A stretch of 64,000 nt of DNA from an uncultured Clostridia bacterium (GCA_944381455.1 CALWLF010000057.1:15461-79460); one strand, 5' to 3'. Counted from the first letter of the stretch, positions 39,644-50,378 are shown. Notes: a model not told the origin generated them from the sequence alone. Made by a program: numbers and translations.

Positions 39644-41686
39644 TTGGAATGGACAGAGGATGTTTCGGTGTTAAAAAATGTCGGCACCCAGCGATTAAGC
39701 CAGCTGCACGCCATGGGCATTGAAACGGTGGGAGATTTGCTGGAGCATTTTCCCAGAGAATATGAAGACCGGCGGCAGAAAAAGACCGTAGATGAGCTGG
39801 TGCCAGGCCAAAGCAATACCTTTGAGGCCACGGTGCTTTCTGCGGCAGAAAACATCCGCTATCAAAAAAAGGTGCAAACCAGGCTGAAGGTGGGTAACGA
39901 CGACGATAGTGTTACCTGCATCTGGTATGGCATGCCCTATTTAAAAAACAGCTTCCAGGTGGGCGAAACGTATGTGTTTACCGGCCGGTATGAAATCAAA
40001 TATGGCCGCCGCCAAGTTCTTTCTCCAGATTTTGAATCGGTGGAAAAAGAGGTGCTGGAAAACAGCGGAAAAATCATCCCCATCTATCCCACCACCAAAG
40101 GCATGAGTCAAAAAATTTTGCGCAAGCTGATGGCCCAGGCGGTGGAAGGGATGAAAGACCGTCTCAAAGACGGCCTGCCCCAATGGGTGCGCAGGCAGTA
40201 CCAGCTGGCGGAGCGGAATTTTGCCATAGAAAACATCCATTTTCCCCAGGATGAAAACAGCTTTTTTTTGGCCAGACGAAGGCTGGTGTTTGAGGAGCTG
40301 TACTTGTTGCAGACGGCTCTCTTTCGCCTGAAAGAACAGGTGACAGAAGGGAAAACCGGCCCGCTGCTGGACGCAAAAAAAGGCCGGGCCGAAATCGAAG
40401 CCGCCTTACCCTTTTCCCTCACCGATGCCCAAAAGACAGTGCTAGAAGAAATAGAGGCCGACTTTTCCTCCGGGCGGGTGATGAACCGGCTGGTGCAGGG
40501 GGATGTGGGCAGCGGCAAGACGGCAGTGGCGGCAGTGGCCTGTTTTGAAACCATTGCAAACGGCTATCAGGCGGCCTTGATGGCGCCCACAGAAGTGCTG
40601 GCAGGGCAGCATTTTGAGACGTTTTCCCAGCTGTTTACGCCTTTGGGGGTACGGGTTGGGTTTTTGCGTGGGGCCATGAAGAAAAAGGAAAAGCAGGCGC
40701 TTTTGGAGGACATCGCTTCTGGACGGGTGCAGATGGTCATTGGCACCCATGCAGTAATTCAAGAAGGGGTGTTATTTGACCGCTTGGGCTTTGTGGTCAC
40801 CGATGAGCAGCACCGCTTTGGCGTCAAACAGCGGGTGCGGCTGGCCCAAAAGGGGGAAAGCCCCCATGTGCTGGTGATGACGGCTACCCCCATTCCCCGG
40901 ACGCTGGCGCTGATTTTATATGGTGATTTGGATATTTCCATCATCGACGCCCTGCCGGAAGGACGGCAGGCCATTGATACGCTGGTGGTGCCCCCGTCGT
41001 ACCATGAGAGAGTGTATGGTTTTATAGAAAAAGAACTGAAGGCCGGGCGGCAGGCATACTTGGTTTGCCCATCGGTGGAAGAAAGCGAAAAACGGGAGAC
41101 AGAAGCGGTGCTGACCTATGGAGAAAAGATTGCAGAGCGGTTTTCGGCCTATCAGGTGGGCATTCTCCATGGGAAGATGAAACCAGAAGAAAAGCAGCAG
41201 ATGATGGCATCCTTTGCCAAAAACGAAATCCAGCTTTTGGTGGCCACAACGGTGATTGAGGTGGGCATCAATGTGCCCAATGCCACCATTATGGTGGTGG
41301 AAAATGCCGAGTATTTCGGCCTTTCCCAGCTGCACCAGCTGCGGGGCAGAGTGGGGCGCGGCAGCGAAAAAAGCTATTGTATTTTGATTTCTGAAGCCAA
41401 AAACGCCGTCACCAAAGAACGGCTGAAGGTGATGAAGCGGACCACAGACGGTTTTGAAATTGCAGAGACCGACTTGAAGCTGCGGGGGCCGGGAGAATTT
41501 TTTGGCACCCGGCAGCACGGGCTTCCGGTGATGAAAATTGCCAATTTGTATCAGGATATGGAACTTTTGCGCCTGGCCCAGCAGGCGGCCAAAGAAAGCA
41601 AAAACCACCGGCTGCCGCCGGAAGAAGAAGCGGCATTTTTGGCCCAGCTGCGCCGCTTTTTCGGTGGAGACGAAATTGGGATTTAG
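39644..41686 (+). CDS. recG: ATP-dependent DNA helicase RecG
   Basis: Wedge domain, GDVGSGKT, DEQH (VTDEQHRFG) and TATPIPRTL. Start set to TTG 39644 after AGGAGGG, because ATG 39602 lies in the terminator loop. Confidence 0.93.
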   Translation: MEWTEDVSVLKNVGTQRLSQLHAMGIETVGDLLEHFPREYEDRRQKKTVDELVPGQSNTFEATVLSAAENIRYQKKVQTRLKVGNDDDSVTCIWYGMPYLKNSFQVGETYVFTGRYEIKYGRRQVLSPDFESVEKEVLENSGKIIPIYPTTKGMSQKILRKLMAQAVEGMKDRLKDGLPQWVRRQYQLAERNFAIENIHFPQDENSFFLARRRLVFEELYLLQTALFRLKEQVTEGKTGPLLDAKKGRAEIEAALPFSLTDAQKTVLEEIEADFSSGRVMNRLVQGDVGSGKTAVAAVACFETIANGYQAALMAPTEVLAGQHFETFSQLFTPLGVRVGFLRGAMKKKEKQALLEDIASGRVQMVIGTHAVIQEGVLFDRLGFVVTDEQHRFGVKQRVRLAQKGESPHVLVMTATPIPRTLALILYGDLDISIIDALPEGRQAIDTLVVPPSYHERVYGFIEKELKAGRQAYLVCPSVEESEKRETEAVLTYGEKIAERFSAYQVGILHGKMKPEEKQQMMASFAKNEIQLLVATTVIEVGINVPNATIMVVENAEYFGLSQLHQLRGRVGRGSEKSYCILISEAKNAVTKERLKVMKRTTDGFEIAETDLKLRGPGEFFGTRQHGLPVMKIANLYQDMELLRLAQQAAKESKNHRLPPEEEAAFLAQLRRFFGGDEIGI

Positions 41687-41707
41687 TGCTTTTTTGTCAA
41701 ATACCTG

Positions 41708-41736
41708 TTGTCATTTTCCTTGCACTTTGTTATAAT
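41708..41736 (+). promoter_or_regulatory. Sigma-A-like promoter TTGTCA-17-TATAAT
   Basis: 17-nt spacer and consensus -10, upstream of rsmD-coaD. Confidence 0.6.
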
Positions 41737-41777
41737 AAGCGGTATATTGGATGATTTATGAGAATGGGAGGCTTGTT

Positions 41778-42332
41778 ATGCGTGTGATCACCGGAACAGC
41801 CAGAGGGCATAAATTGGTGGCCCCGGAAGGCTTGGAGACAAGGCCGACCACAGACAGAATCAAAGAAACATTGTTTAATATTCTCTCGCCCCATCTTTGG
41901 GACAGCTCGTTTTTAGACTTGTTCAGCGGCAGCGGCGCCATTGGCATTGAGGCGTTAAGCCGGGGGGCAAAGGAGGCCGTTTTTGTGGAACAGGCACCCA
42001 AGGCCCTCTCTGCCATAGAGCAAAACTTGGCCCATACCAAATTGCAGGAGCGGGCAGAAGTGATGAAAACAGATGTGCTGACGGCGCTTGCCCGTTTGGG
42101 CAGTCAAAAGAGACAGTTTGATTTCATTTTTTTGGATCCGCCTTATCAAAAAGGCTTGTATGAGCCGGTGTTGGAGGCCATTGCGAGAGAAAAAGTGCTG
42201 AAAGAAGATGGCATCATCATTGCCGAACACGACTGGAAAGAACCAATCACGCAGGTTGCAGGGTTGAAAATCAGCCGTGTAAAAAAATGTGGCATAACAG
42301 CCATGACGTTTCTGATTTTGGAGGAAGAATAA
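41778..42332 (+). CDS. rsmD: 16S rRNA (guanine966-N2)-methyltransferase
   Basis: DLFSGSGAIGIE and DPPY motifs. Start reset to ATG 41778. Confidence 0.9.
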   Translation: MRVITGTARGHKLVAPEGLETRPTTDRIKETLFNILSPHLWDSSFLDLFSGSGAIGIEALSRGAKEAVFVEQAPKALSAIEQNLAHTKLQERAEVMKTDVLTALARLGSQKRQFDFIFLDPPYQKGLYEPVLEAIAREKVLKEDGIIIAEHDWKEPITQVAGLKISRVKKCGITAMTFLILEEE

Positions 42333-42335
42333 ACC

Positions 42336-42818
42336 ATGATACGAGCAATTTATCCAGGGAGTTTTGATCCCGTTTCCAACGGACACCTGGACATTATCCG
42401 CCGGGCTGCCGCAAAGGTGGACCAGCTGATTGTGGCCATTTTGGTCAACCGAAGCAAAAGCCATTCCCTTTTTACGGTGGAAGAACGGGTGGAGCAGCTG
42501 AAACTGGTGACAAAGGACTTGCCCAATGTGACCATCGACTGTTTCCAGGGGCTGTTGGTGGATTTTGCCAAGGAAAAGGATGCGCAAGTGATTATTCGGG
42601 GCCTTCGCGCTGTCACCGATTTTGAAAGCGAGTTTCAAATGGCCTTAACCAACCGCAGTTTGAGCCCTAATTTGGAGACGTTTTTTATCCCCACCAGCGT
42701 GGAATACCTGTACTTAAGTTCCAGCACCATCAAGGAAGTGGCTTCCTTTGGCGGAGATATTTGCAGCATGGTACCTTGTGAAATCAAGCAGGCATTGATG
42801 GACAAATTTAAGAAATGA
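42336..42818 (+). CDS. coaD: Phosphopantetheine adenylyltransferase
   Basis: YPGSFDPVSNGHLDI (HxGH) motif. Confidence 0.95.
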   Translation: MIRAIYPGSFDPVSNGHLDIIRRAAAKVDQLIVAILVNRSKSHSLFTVEERVEQLKLVTKDLPNVTIDCFQGLLVDFAKEKDAQVIIRGLRAVTDFESEFQMALTNRSLSPNLETFFIPTSVEYLYLSSSTIKEVASFGGDICSMVPCEIKQALMDKFKK

Positions 42819-42829
42819 GGGATTGTGAG

Positions 42830-43336
42830 ATGGACGGAATTGAATCTTTATTAAATGAACTGGAAGACCTGCTGGACCAAAGCAAGGCCCTTCCCTTTTC
42901 CAATAAAGTTTCTGTGGATAAAGAAGAAATGTATGAAATCATTGCAGAAATTCGGCAAAACCTGCCAAAAGAGCTGAAACGCTGCACCGAAATGCTGCAG
43001 GAAAGAAATAAAATCATTCTGCTGGCGCAGCAGGAGGCAGAAGAAATCAAGCAGGAAGCCAATGAACGGATGGCCCGCCTCATCGACCAGCATGAAGTGA
43101 CCAAGGCTGCCTATGAAAAAAGCGCCGAAATCATCGACGCCAGCAAGCGGGACGCCAGAGAAATGCGTATCGGCGCCACAGAATATGCAGATCAGATTTT
43201 GGCCATGGCAGAAGACAGCCTGAAAAAAATGATGGATCAGTTCAGAAACGAATGTACGGCTGTGGATCAGTTCTTTGAAAACAGCCTCGATACCCTTTAT
43301 GAAAACCGCCAGGAACTGAGAGGCATCGATCACTGA
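42830..43336 (+). CDS. Coiled-coil protein of unknown function
   Basis: 168 aa with a charged heptad-like sequence. GAGGGA RBS before ATG 42830. I cannot name the family with confidence. Confidence 0.6.
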   Translation: MDGIESLLNELEDLLDQSKALPFSNKVSVDKEEMYEIIAEIRQNLPKELKRCTEMLQERNKIILLAQQEAEEIKQEANERMARLIDQHEVTKAAYEKSAEIIDASKRDAREMRIGATEYADQILAMAEDSLKKMMDQFRNECTAVDQFFENSLDTLYENRQELRGIDH

Positions 43337-43362
43337 GCCAATTTGCGATCCCAAGAGATATC

Positions 43363-43404
43363 AAAAAAGGAAGCGTTCTTTCCATCTAGAACGGCTTCCT
43401 TTTT
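43363..43404. terminator. Bidirectional terminator
   Basis: ggaagcgttct/agaacggcttcc stem flanked by A6 and T5. Confidence 0.65.
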
Positions 43405-43436
43405 GTGTTTTCAGAAATTATTTTTTAGCAGGTTTC

Positions 43437-44351
43437 TTATGAAAACAGCTGACTGCAGAAAAAAGCCAGCACAGCAGCAAGAATTCCTTTCAAAAGCAAA
43501 GCCAACCCGTAATAAGAAGGACAGGGCAATGTTTTTTGCGTGCTTCTGATCTGCATTTGGGCGGAAAGACCGCCAAAGGAGAGCAAAGCCGAAACGATGG
43601 CCATTTTTACCCCATGGGGCAGCGCCAACTGGCTTAAGGCAAACAGCCCTGTGGTCAGCTCGAAAAAGCCTTCCAGGCAGGCAGAAGAGAGCGTTGCTTG
43701 TTCCGGCAACAGGGATAGGCTGCGCAGCAGCAGCGGGAACAAGGGAAACAGCATCATGCACCCGGCCACCACCACCATCGTTTCTGCCGCCGAAAGCAAG
43801 GCGGCAGAAAACAAAGGCCGCTCTGCCTGGCTTTGTGCCAACAGCGGTTTAGAAACAGGAAAAAACCGCAGCAGCCATAAAGGCAGCAAATTGGCCAGCA
43901 TCTGGCAGCAAAACAGCTGAACACCCACAAAGGCACTGCCAAACAGTCCCGTGCCGGCCACGCCGATGCAAAAGGCAGGGCTTGGCGCATGGCAAAAGCA
44001 AAAAAGGCGCAGGGCCTCGGCTTTGGAAATCAGGTGCTCTTCATACAGCAGTTCCAGCGCAGCTCCGCCGGCGGGAAAACCGGCCAAATGGCCCAAACAT
44101 AACGGGAAAACGGCCTCGCCCGAAAGGCCAAGCCAGGCCTTGGCAGGCCGCCGCAGCCACCGGCCAAGCCGCTGGGGCACGCCCCAGGCAGAAAAAAGCC
44201 CCATGGCTGTCAAAAATGGAAAGAGCGACGGCAGCACCTGCTGATACCAAAGCAGAAGGCCGCGGCGCACCACCTCACAGCAGGCGGCTGTATGGGTGAG
44301 AAAAAAACCGGTCATGACACAGAGCAGACCGGTGCGTACGATTTGTTTCAT
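43437..44351 (-). CDS. ylbJ: Sporulation integral membrane protein YlbJ
   Basis: Polytopic membrane protein with YlbJ-like sequence and the conserved neighbourhood (coaD / ylbM). Confidence 0.8.
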   Translation of the reverse strand: MKQIVRTGLLCVMTGFFLTHTAACCEVVRRGLLLWYQQVLPSLFPFLTAMGLFSAWGVPQRLGRWLRRPAKAWLGLSGEAVFPLCLGHLAGFPAGGAALELLYEEHLISKAEALRLFCFCHAPSPAFCIGVAGTGLFGSAFVGVQLFCCQMLANLLPLWLLRFFPVSKPLLAQSQAERPLFSAALLSAAETMVVVAGCMMLFPLFPLLLRSLSLLPEQATLSSACLEGFFELTTGLFALSQLALPHGVKMAIVSALLSFGGLSAQMQIRSTQKTLPCPSYYGLALLLKGILAAVLAFFCSQLFS

Positions 44352-44410
44352 GGTTCCTCCCAACCAGTTGCTTGTTTATTTCTATGCGCCAGGGGAGGAA
44401 AAATAGCACG

Positions 44411-45637
44411 TCAAAGGCGCAAAAGAGGATGGGTAAAGTCCTGATTGGGAGCACGAAACTGGGCAGAGGGACTGCAAAGGGCAGCAAGGTCCGTGGCCAG
44501 GCACTCTTGCTTAAGCAGCGTTTTGGCAGACACAGGCAAGGTGGCAAGGGCCTCTTTGACGCTGGTAACGACAGGCAGACGGCTGGTTTGATGGAGCTTG
44601 GAGAGGAGAAAGGCAGATTCCTTTCGATAGCCCAGCACCCGCAGATAGGGGGCGCCGCCTTGTTGTTGCAGCTGCTGAAGGAAGGATGTGGTTTGGCCCA
44701 AAAGCACATGGAGCAGCAGGCGGGAAAGCTGGGGGCGGCTATAGCGGCGGTTTTGCAGCAGGCACAACAGGTCATCCCAGTTTTTTGCCTGGGTAAAAAG
44801 CCGCAGTAGCCGGTGTTCCAACCCTTCTTCCACTTCCAATCGTTCTCTTAGGCTTTCCGGCGTTTGCTGCAGCAGGGCATATTGAAGCGCACCAAAAAGC
44901 GATGCCGTGCTGCGAGGAAACTGCCCTTCTTGAAACGCTGCTTGATAGAGCGGAACAAGGGCAGCAGGGACGCCTGCAAAAAAGCGCTCCATCGTTCCTG
45001 CCTGCATGGCGCTGCGCAGGGCAGAGGCGGAAGGATAAACAGAAGAAAGAGACTGGCTGTGGTATCCGGCGCCTTGGCGCAGGAGGGGGAACAAGGCAAG
45101 GGTGCTTTGTTTTTTCAATATTGCTTTTGTGTATTCCAGCGCCAAAATATTGTTGGGTGTTTCCACAAGAGAAGAACAATCCGGTAAAAATTGTCTGATA
45201 GACAGAGACAAAGCAGCAGGGTAGGCCAGTCCTTTGGCCAGTTGTTCCTTTAAAAAATGGGAAAAAGCAGGCGGCTCTTCCAATAAAAAAGAAGCCAGTT
45301 TTTTTAATTTTTTTTCGGTGGCATTTTCCACGCCGAAGGAAAGAAAATCAATCAGGCCGCTGTCGATGAGGCTTTGGACGGCTCCAAAGGCAAAAGAAGG
45401 CGCTGCCGAAAGGGCAAAAATAGCCGGCAGCTCCAGCACCAAATCGGCCCCGCCCAAAAGGGCGGCCTTTGTTTTGGTCCATTTGTCCATGACGGCCACT
45501 TCCCCCCGCTGGACAAAGGAGCCGCTGAGGATGACAACGATGGCCTTACATCCAGTTTCTTCTTTTGTTTTTTGGATTTGATAAGCGTGTCCCAGATGAA
45601 AGGGGTTATATTCTGCCACAATGCCTGCCGTTTTCAT
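44411..45637 (-). CDS. tmcAL: tRNA(Met) cytidine acetate ligase (YlbM/TmcAL nucleotidyltransferase family)
   Basis: AEYNPFHLGH HIGH-type motif. About 400 aa, YlbM family. Confidence 0.85.
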   Translation of the reverse strand: MKTAGIVAEYNPFHLGHAYQIQKTKEETGCKAIVVILSGSFVQRGEVAVMDKWTKTKAALLGGADLVLELPAIFALSAAPSFAFGAVQSLIDSGLIDFLSFGVENATEKKLKKLASFLLEEPPAFSHFLKEQLAKGLAYPAALSLSIRQFLPDCSSLVETPNNILALEYTKAILKKQSTLALFPLLRQGAGYHSQSLSSVYPSASALRSAMQAGTMERFFAGVPAALVPLYQAAFQEGQFPRSTASLFGALQYALLQQTPESLRERLEVEEGLEHRLLRLFTQAKNWDDLLCLLQNRRYSRPQLSRLLLHVLLGQTTSFLQQLQQQGGAPYLRVLGYRKESAFLLSKLHQTSRLPVVTSVKEALATLPVSAKTLLKQECLATDLAALCSPSAQFRAPNQDFTHPLLRL

Positions 45638-45798
45638 AAAAGCCCTCCTTTTCTTTCAGTATAACGAAAAAGAAGAAAAAAGGCAAAGGGTTTTCCAGTT
45701 ACCGGATTCTTACAGTAAAAAAAATTCTTTTTTTTCTTCAAAAAATACAGGCAAAACGGAAAAAAAGCAAAAAACGTCCACAAAATTTTGGAAAAGTA

Positions 45799-45827
45799 TT
45801 GTAACCCTCTGGCGGATTGTATATAAT
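45799..45827 (+). promoter_or_regulatory. Sigma-A-like promoter TTGTAA-17-TATAAT upstream of pta
   Basis: 17-nt spacer and consensus -10. Confidence 0.6.
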
Positions 45828-45924
45828 AAAAACAGTAAGATGAACCTTTTGCGGCAATGTGGTTCGGTTGCCGGAAAGGACCAAAAAGCATATTTTTTTT
45901 ATTTATTGTGGGAGGGTTTTTAAC

Positions 45925-46920
45925 ATGGATTTTTTGAAAATGATGAAAGACAAGGCAAAAACAAACATGAAAACCATTGTTTTGCCGGAATCCTTTGAAG
46001 AAAGAAACCTGCGTGCTGCAGATGCCGTGCTCAAAGAAGGGCTGGCTAACATTGTTTTGGTTGGCAACAAAGAAAAAATTCAGGCCGTGATTCCTGAATT
46101 GGATTTGGAAAAGGCAACGTTCATTGATCCTGAAAACTTTGACAAAATGGACGATTTTGTGGACACCTTCTGCGAATTGAGAAAAAGCAAAGGCGTAACC
46201 AAAGAACAGGCCCTCAAAACCATGATGGATCCTATGAGCTTTGGCGTTATGCTGGTAAAAATGGGCTATGCAGACGGCATGGTTTCCGGCGCTGCCCACT
46301 CCACCGCTGACACACTGCGTCCTGCCCTTCAGATTTTGAAAACCAAACCAGGCACCGAATTGGTTTCTTCTTTCTTTATTATGGTTTGCAAAGACGATAC
46401 ATATGGCGATGACGGCGTGCTGCTGTTTGCTGACTGTGCATTGAACCAGAATCCAAACCCAGCAGAACTGGCCTGCATTGCTGTGGACTCTGCAAGAAGC
46501 TACAAAGCTTTCGTTGGCGGCGAACCAAGAGTGGCTATGCTGAGCCATTCCTCCAAAGGCAGCGCAAAACATCCTGACGTAGACAAAGTGGTAGAAGCAA
46601 CCAAGATTGCAAAAGAAAAAGCACCTGAAATCAAACTGGACGGCGAATTGCAGCTGGACAGCGCTATCGTAGCCAAAGTAGGCGCACAAAAAGCTCCTGG
46701 CAGCGATGTGGCCGGCAAAGCCAACTGCCTGATCTTCCCTGACATTGATGCAGGCAACATCGGCTATAAACTGGTACAGCGTTTTGCTGGCGCAGAAGCT
46801 TACGGCCCTGTGCTGCAAGGCATTGCAAAACCTGTGAACGACCTGTCCCGCGGCTGCTCTTGGGAAGATATCGTAGCTGTTGTGGCTATGACTGCTGTAC
46901 AGGCTCAGATTGAAGGCTAA
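45925..46920 (+). CDS. pta: Phosphate acetyltransferase
   Basis: PTA_PTB domain. Start reset to ATG 45925, which has a GGGAGGG RBS. Confidence 0.95.
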   Translation: MDFLKMMKDKAKTNMKTIVLPESFEERNLRAADAVLKEGLANIVLVGNKEKIQAVIPELDLEKATFIDPENFDKMDDFVDTFCELRKSKGVTKEQALKTMMDPMSFGVMLVKMGYADGMVSGAAHSTADTLRPALQILKTKPGTELVSSFFIMVCKDDTYGDDGVLLFADCALNQNPNPAELACIAVDSARSYKAFVGGEPRVAMLSHSSKGSAKHPDVDKVVEATKIAKEKAPEIKLDGELQLDSAIVAKVGAQKAPGSDVAGKANCLIFPDIDAGNIGYKLVQRFAGAEAYGPVLQGIAKPVNDLSRGCSWEDIVAVVAMTAVQAQIEG

Positions 46921-47000
46921 GATACGATGATTTTTGCCGGTACAAGCTTTTGTACCGGCTGTATCCATTCTAAGAAAACTTGTTTAAAGGAGAGAAAAAC

Positions 47001-48203
47001 ATGAATATTTTGGTATTAAACTGCGGTAGCTCTTCCCTGAAATATCAGCTGATCAACAGCGACACGGAAGATGTGTTGGCAAAAGGCCTTTGCGAAAGAA
47101 TTGGCATCGACGGCAGATTGAAACACGAACCAACCGGCGGCGAAAAATTTGTTTCCGAAAATCCTCTGCCAGATCATACCGCAGCAGTGCAGGCTGTGAT
47201 CGATGCTTTGCTGGATACAGAACACGGCGTGATCAAAAGCGTTTCTGAAATCCATGCCGTTGGCCATCGTGTGGTACATGGCGGCGAATATTTTGCCGGC
47301 TCTGTGCTGATCAATGACGATGTGAAAAAAGCATTGGAAGTTTGCTCCGACCTGGCTCCTTTGCACAACCCAGCAAACCTCATCGGTATTGCAGCTTGCG
47401 AAACATTGATGCCTGGTATTCCTCAGGTAGGCGTATTCGATACGGCATTCCATCAGACCATGCCAGAAAAAGCATACCTGTATGCCATTCCTTACAAATA
47501 TTACGAAAAATACAAAATCAGAAAATATGGTTTCCACGGCACCAGCCACAAATATGTATCTTTGGAATGTGCAAAGATGATGGATATGCCCATTGAAGAA
47601 CTGAAAATCATCACCTGCCACTTGGGTAACGGCGGTTCCATCTGTGCTGTAAGAAACGGTATTTCTGTAGACACTTCCATGGGCTTTACGCCATTGGATG
47701 GTATTGCCATGGGCACCAGAAGCGGCAGCGTAGACCCTGCTGCTGTACTGTACCTGATGAAAAAAGAAGGTCTGTCTGTAGACGAAATGGACCGCATTTT
47801 GAACAAAGAATCTGGTGTGCTGGGTATCTCCGGCGTTTCCAGCGACTTCCGTGACATTGAAGCAGCAGAAAACGAAGGCAATGAAAGAGCTGCAACGGCT
47901 TTGGATACGTTCTCCTATCGTGTGGCAAAAACCATCGGCGAATATGTGGCTTGCATGAAAGGCGTAGACGCCATTGTATTTACGGCCGGCCTTGGCGAAA
48001 ACAGTGCAACCACCCGCCAGGTGATCTGCGATTACTTAAGATACTTGGGCATCCATCTGGACAGCTACAAAAACAGCTTGAGAGGCCAGGCTGTGGAAAT
48101 CACCACCAAACAGTCCAGAGTACCTGTTTTTGTGATCCCTACCAACGAAGAATTGATGATTGCACGCGACACCAAAGAAATCGTAGAGAATTTAAAGAAA
48201 TAA
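47001..48203 (+). CDS. ackA: Acetate kinase
   Basis: [16 protein letters not shown]-terminus. Full-length AckA. Confidence 0.97.
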   Translation: MNILVLNCGSSSLKYQLINSDTEDVLAKGLCERIGIDGRLKHEPTGGEKFVSENPLPDHTAAVQAVIDALLDTEHGVIKSVSEIHAVGHRVVHGGEYFAGSVLINDDVKKALEVCSDLAPLHNPANLIGIAACETLMPGIPQVGVFDTAFHQTMPEKAYLYAIPYKYYEKYKIRKYGFHGTSHKYVSLECAKMMDMPIEELKIITCHLGNGGSICAVRNGISVDTSMGFTPLDGIAMGTRSGSVDPAAVLYLMKKEGLSVDEMDRILNKESGVLGISGVSSDFRDIEAAENEGNERAATALDTFSYRVAKTIGEYVACMKGVDAIVFTAGLGENSATTRQVICDYLRYLGIHLDSYKNSLRGQAVEITTKQSRVPVFVIPTNEELMIARDTKEIVENLKK

Positions 48204-48232
48204 TTGACAAAGATAGCGTCAATCGGTATAAT
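48204..48232 (+). promoter_or_regulatory. Perfect consensus sigma-A promoter TTGACA-17-TATAAT
   Basis: Both hexamers are exact with a 17-nt spacer, immediately upstream of yceD-rpmF. Confidence 0.7.
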
Positions 48233-48260
48233 AAATTGGTGTGACTGTGGGAGTGATGAA

Positions 48261-48770
48261 ATGAAGGTTAATGTTTCCAAAATTTTAAAGACGGTGGGCG
48301 AGAGCCTGGACTTTGAGGTGGAGGGGAACCTTAGCCCTAGTGACATCTATCCTGATGTAAGGGAGTTTCTGTCACCTGTGAAGGTAAAGGGAACTGTTAC
48401 CAGCCAAAAAGATGGCTTTCTTGTCAAAGGTGCAGGAACAGTCAGCGTGATGCTGCTTTGCTGCCGCTGCTTGAAGCCTGTGCCCACAGAAGTGCATTTT
48501 GAACTGGAGGAACTTTTTGCCCTTACAGGCAAGGAAGAAGAAAAAGAGACAGAAACTTTTTCGGGCGATATCATCTGCTTAGATCAGGTGGTGGCGCGCA
48601 GCATTTTGACAGCCCTTCCCATGAAGGTGCTGTGTGAGGACAACTGCAAAGGTCTTTGCCCCCAGTGCGGCAAGGACTTAAATGAAGGGCCTTGTGGCTG
48701 TACTGTCAGCAACATTGACCCTCGCTTTGAAGGTTTGCGTGCTCTTTTTCAATTAGACAAGGAGGTGTAA
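48261..48770 (+). CDS. yceD: YceD/DUF177 family protein
   Basis: Paired CxxC motifs (CCRCLKP ... CPQCGKDL). Conserved position upstream of rpmF. Confidence 0.88.
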   Translation: MKVNVSKILKTVGESLDFEVEGNLSPSDIYPDVREFLSPVKVKGTVTSQKDGFLVKGAGTVSVMLLCCRCLKPVPTEVHFELEELFALTGKEEEKETETFSGDIICLDQVVARSILTALPMKVLCEDNCKGLCPQCGKDLNEGPCGCTVSNIDPRFEGLRALFQLDKEV

Positions 48771-48774
48771 CAAA

Positions 48775-48954
48775 ATGGCAGTACCAAAGGGAAGAGTGTC
48801 TAAGTCTAAAAGAGACAAGAGAAAAGCACAGAGCTGGAAAATCGCAACTCCAACGCTGGTTCCATGCAGCAAATGCGGCGAACTGATGATGCCTCACAGA
48901 GTTTGCAAATCCTGTGGCTCTTACAACAAAAAAGTAATCTTAGACGTAGAATAA
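48775..48954 (+). CDS. rpmF: 50S ribosomal protein L32 (absent from ORF track, 59 aa)
   Basis: Translation is MAVPKGRVSKSKRDKRKAQSWKIATPTLVPCSKCGELMMPHRVCKSCGSYNKKVILDVE. GGAGG RBS. Confidence 0.93.
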   Translation: MAVPKGRVSKSKRDKRKAQSWKIATPTLVPCSKCGELMMPHRVCKSCGSYNKKVILDVE

Positions 48955-48963
48955 GAGAAACGA

Positions 48964-48988
48964 GGGGACAGCGATTGGAGCTGTCCCT
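48964..48988 (+). terminator. Putative terminator after rpmF
   Basis: ggggacagc/gctgtccct hairpin with a weak T tract. Confidence 0.5.
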
Positions 48989-49114
48989 TCTGTTTGCCTC
49001 AAAAGCGTATGTTTTTTTTTGCAAACATTGCAGTTTGTGAAGAAAAAACGCAATTTTCATTACAACAGACCATTCATTGGAAACAAAATTTTTTGCAGAG
49101 AAAGGAGCAGTGCC

Positions 49115-50104
49115 ATGGGAAAGGCTGTCATTGCTGTGGATGCCATGGGCGGCGATCATGCCCCGGGCGAGATTGTTAAAGGCGCCGTAGAAGCGGTGAA
49201 TGAATTTTCGGCCAACATCATTTTGGTGGGAAAAGAAGATGAAATTCGGCGGGAGCTGAGCCGGTATCAGTATCCGGCCAAACAGATTCAAATTGTCCCT
49301 GCATCAGAAGTGATTTCCACAGACGAAGTGCCCACAACGGCCATCCGGCGCAAAAAAGATGCCTCGATGGTGGTTGGCCTGCGCCTGGTAAAAGAAGGAG
49401 AGGCCGATGCCTTTGTTTCTGCCGGCAGCACCGGCGCATTATTGACCGGGGCGACGATGATCATTGGCCGGATCAAAGGCATCGAGCGGCCTGCTTTGGG
49501 CACTATGCTGCCAACGACAAAAGGCTTTACGTTTTTGCTGGACAGCGGCGCCAATGTGGATTGTAAACCCTCCTATTTGGTGCAGTTTGCCAAAATGGCC
49601 TCGGTGTATGTGGAGCATGTGGTGGGGGTGAAACAGCCTTCTGTGGGGCTGGTGAATATTGGAGCGGAAAAAGAAAAAGGCGATTCCCTCTCCAAAGAAA
49701 CCCATGAACTGCTGGAAGAGACAGAGGGCATCCGCTTTGTGGGCAATGTGGAAGCCAGAGAAATTCCTTTTGGAGGGGCAGATATTGTGGTTTGCGACGG
49801 GTTCGTAGGCAATGTGATTTTGAAATTTGCCGAGGGGCTCAGTCTGGCGCTTTTGGGGACGGTGAAAGAAGAGATCACCAAAGGCTGGTATAAACTTGCC
49901 GCAGCTGCCTTGTTAAAGCCGTTTCGCCAGATCAAGCATCGGTTTGATGCCGAGGAGGTGGGTGGGGCACCGTTTTTGGGCTTGAAAGCCCTGGTGGTCA
50001 AAGCCCATGGCTCTTCTAAGGCAAAAGGAATAAAAAATGCCATAAAACAGTGCGAAAGTTTTGTAGAAAATGATATTGTCATAAAAATACAAGAACAGCT
50101 ATAA
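49115..50104 (+). CDS. plsX: Phosphate acyltransferase PlsX
   Basis: DAMGGDHAP motif. Start reset to ATG 49115, which has an AAAGGAG RBS. Confidence 0.95.
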   Translation: MGKAVIAVDAMGGDHAPGEIVKGAVEAVNEFSANIILVGKEDEIRRELSRYQYPAKQIQIVPASEVISTDEVPTTAIRRKKDASMVVGLRLVKEGEADAFVSAGSTGALLTGATMIIGRIKGIERPALGTMLPTTKGFTFLLDSGANVDCKPSYLVQFAKMASVYVEHVVGVKQPSVGLVNIGAEKEKGDSLSKETHELLEETEGIRFVGNVEAREIPFGGADIVVCDGFVGNVILKFAEGLSLALLGTVKEEITKGWYKLAAAALLKPFRQIKHRFDAEEVGGAPFLGLKALVVKAHGSSKAKGIKNAIKQCESFVENDIVIKIQEQL

Positions 50105-50146
50105 TGTATAAAAAACAATATTACCATAAGATGGAGGTTTTCAAAC

Positions 50147-50374
50147 ATGGATAAGTCTCAGGTTATTGCAATTATTGCCGAACAGCTTGGTATCTCTGAA
50201 AACGAAATCACAGAAGAAACCGTATTTGCCGATTTGGGCGCAGACTCTTTGGACCTGTTCCAGATTATTTCCAGCTTGGAAGAAGAATTTGACATTGAAT
50301 TTGACAATGATGAAGTGGAAAAAATCAAAACCGTTGGCGATGCCATCGAATATGTGAAAAACGCAGTGGAGTAA
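50147..50374 (+). CDS. acpP: Acyl carrier protein
   Basis: DLGADSLDL phosphopantetheine attachment motif. Confidence 0.95.
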   Translation: MDKSQVIAIIAEQLGISENEITEETVFADLGADSLDLFQIISSLEEEFDIEFDNDEVEKIKTVGDAIEYVKNAVE

Positions 50375-50378
50375 TCAA

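Noticed and set aside
45634-46968. Very long antisense ORFs opposite real genes. Examples: 45634-46968 opposite pta, 10238-11395 opposite glyA, 11481-12572 opposite the CNNM gene, 7338-8420 opposite nifS, and 50325-51308 opposite rnc.
   Set aside because: Their translations are low-complexity and rich in Phe, His, Gln and Cys, with no recognisable motifs. The sense strands encode unmistakable conserved proteins. They are shadow ORFs produced by the codon bias of the sense genes.
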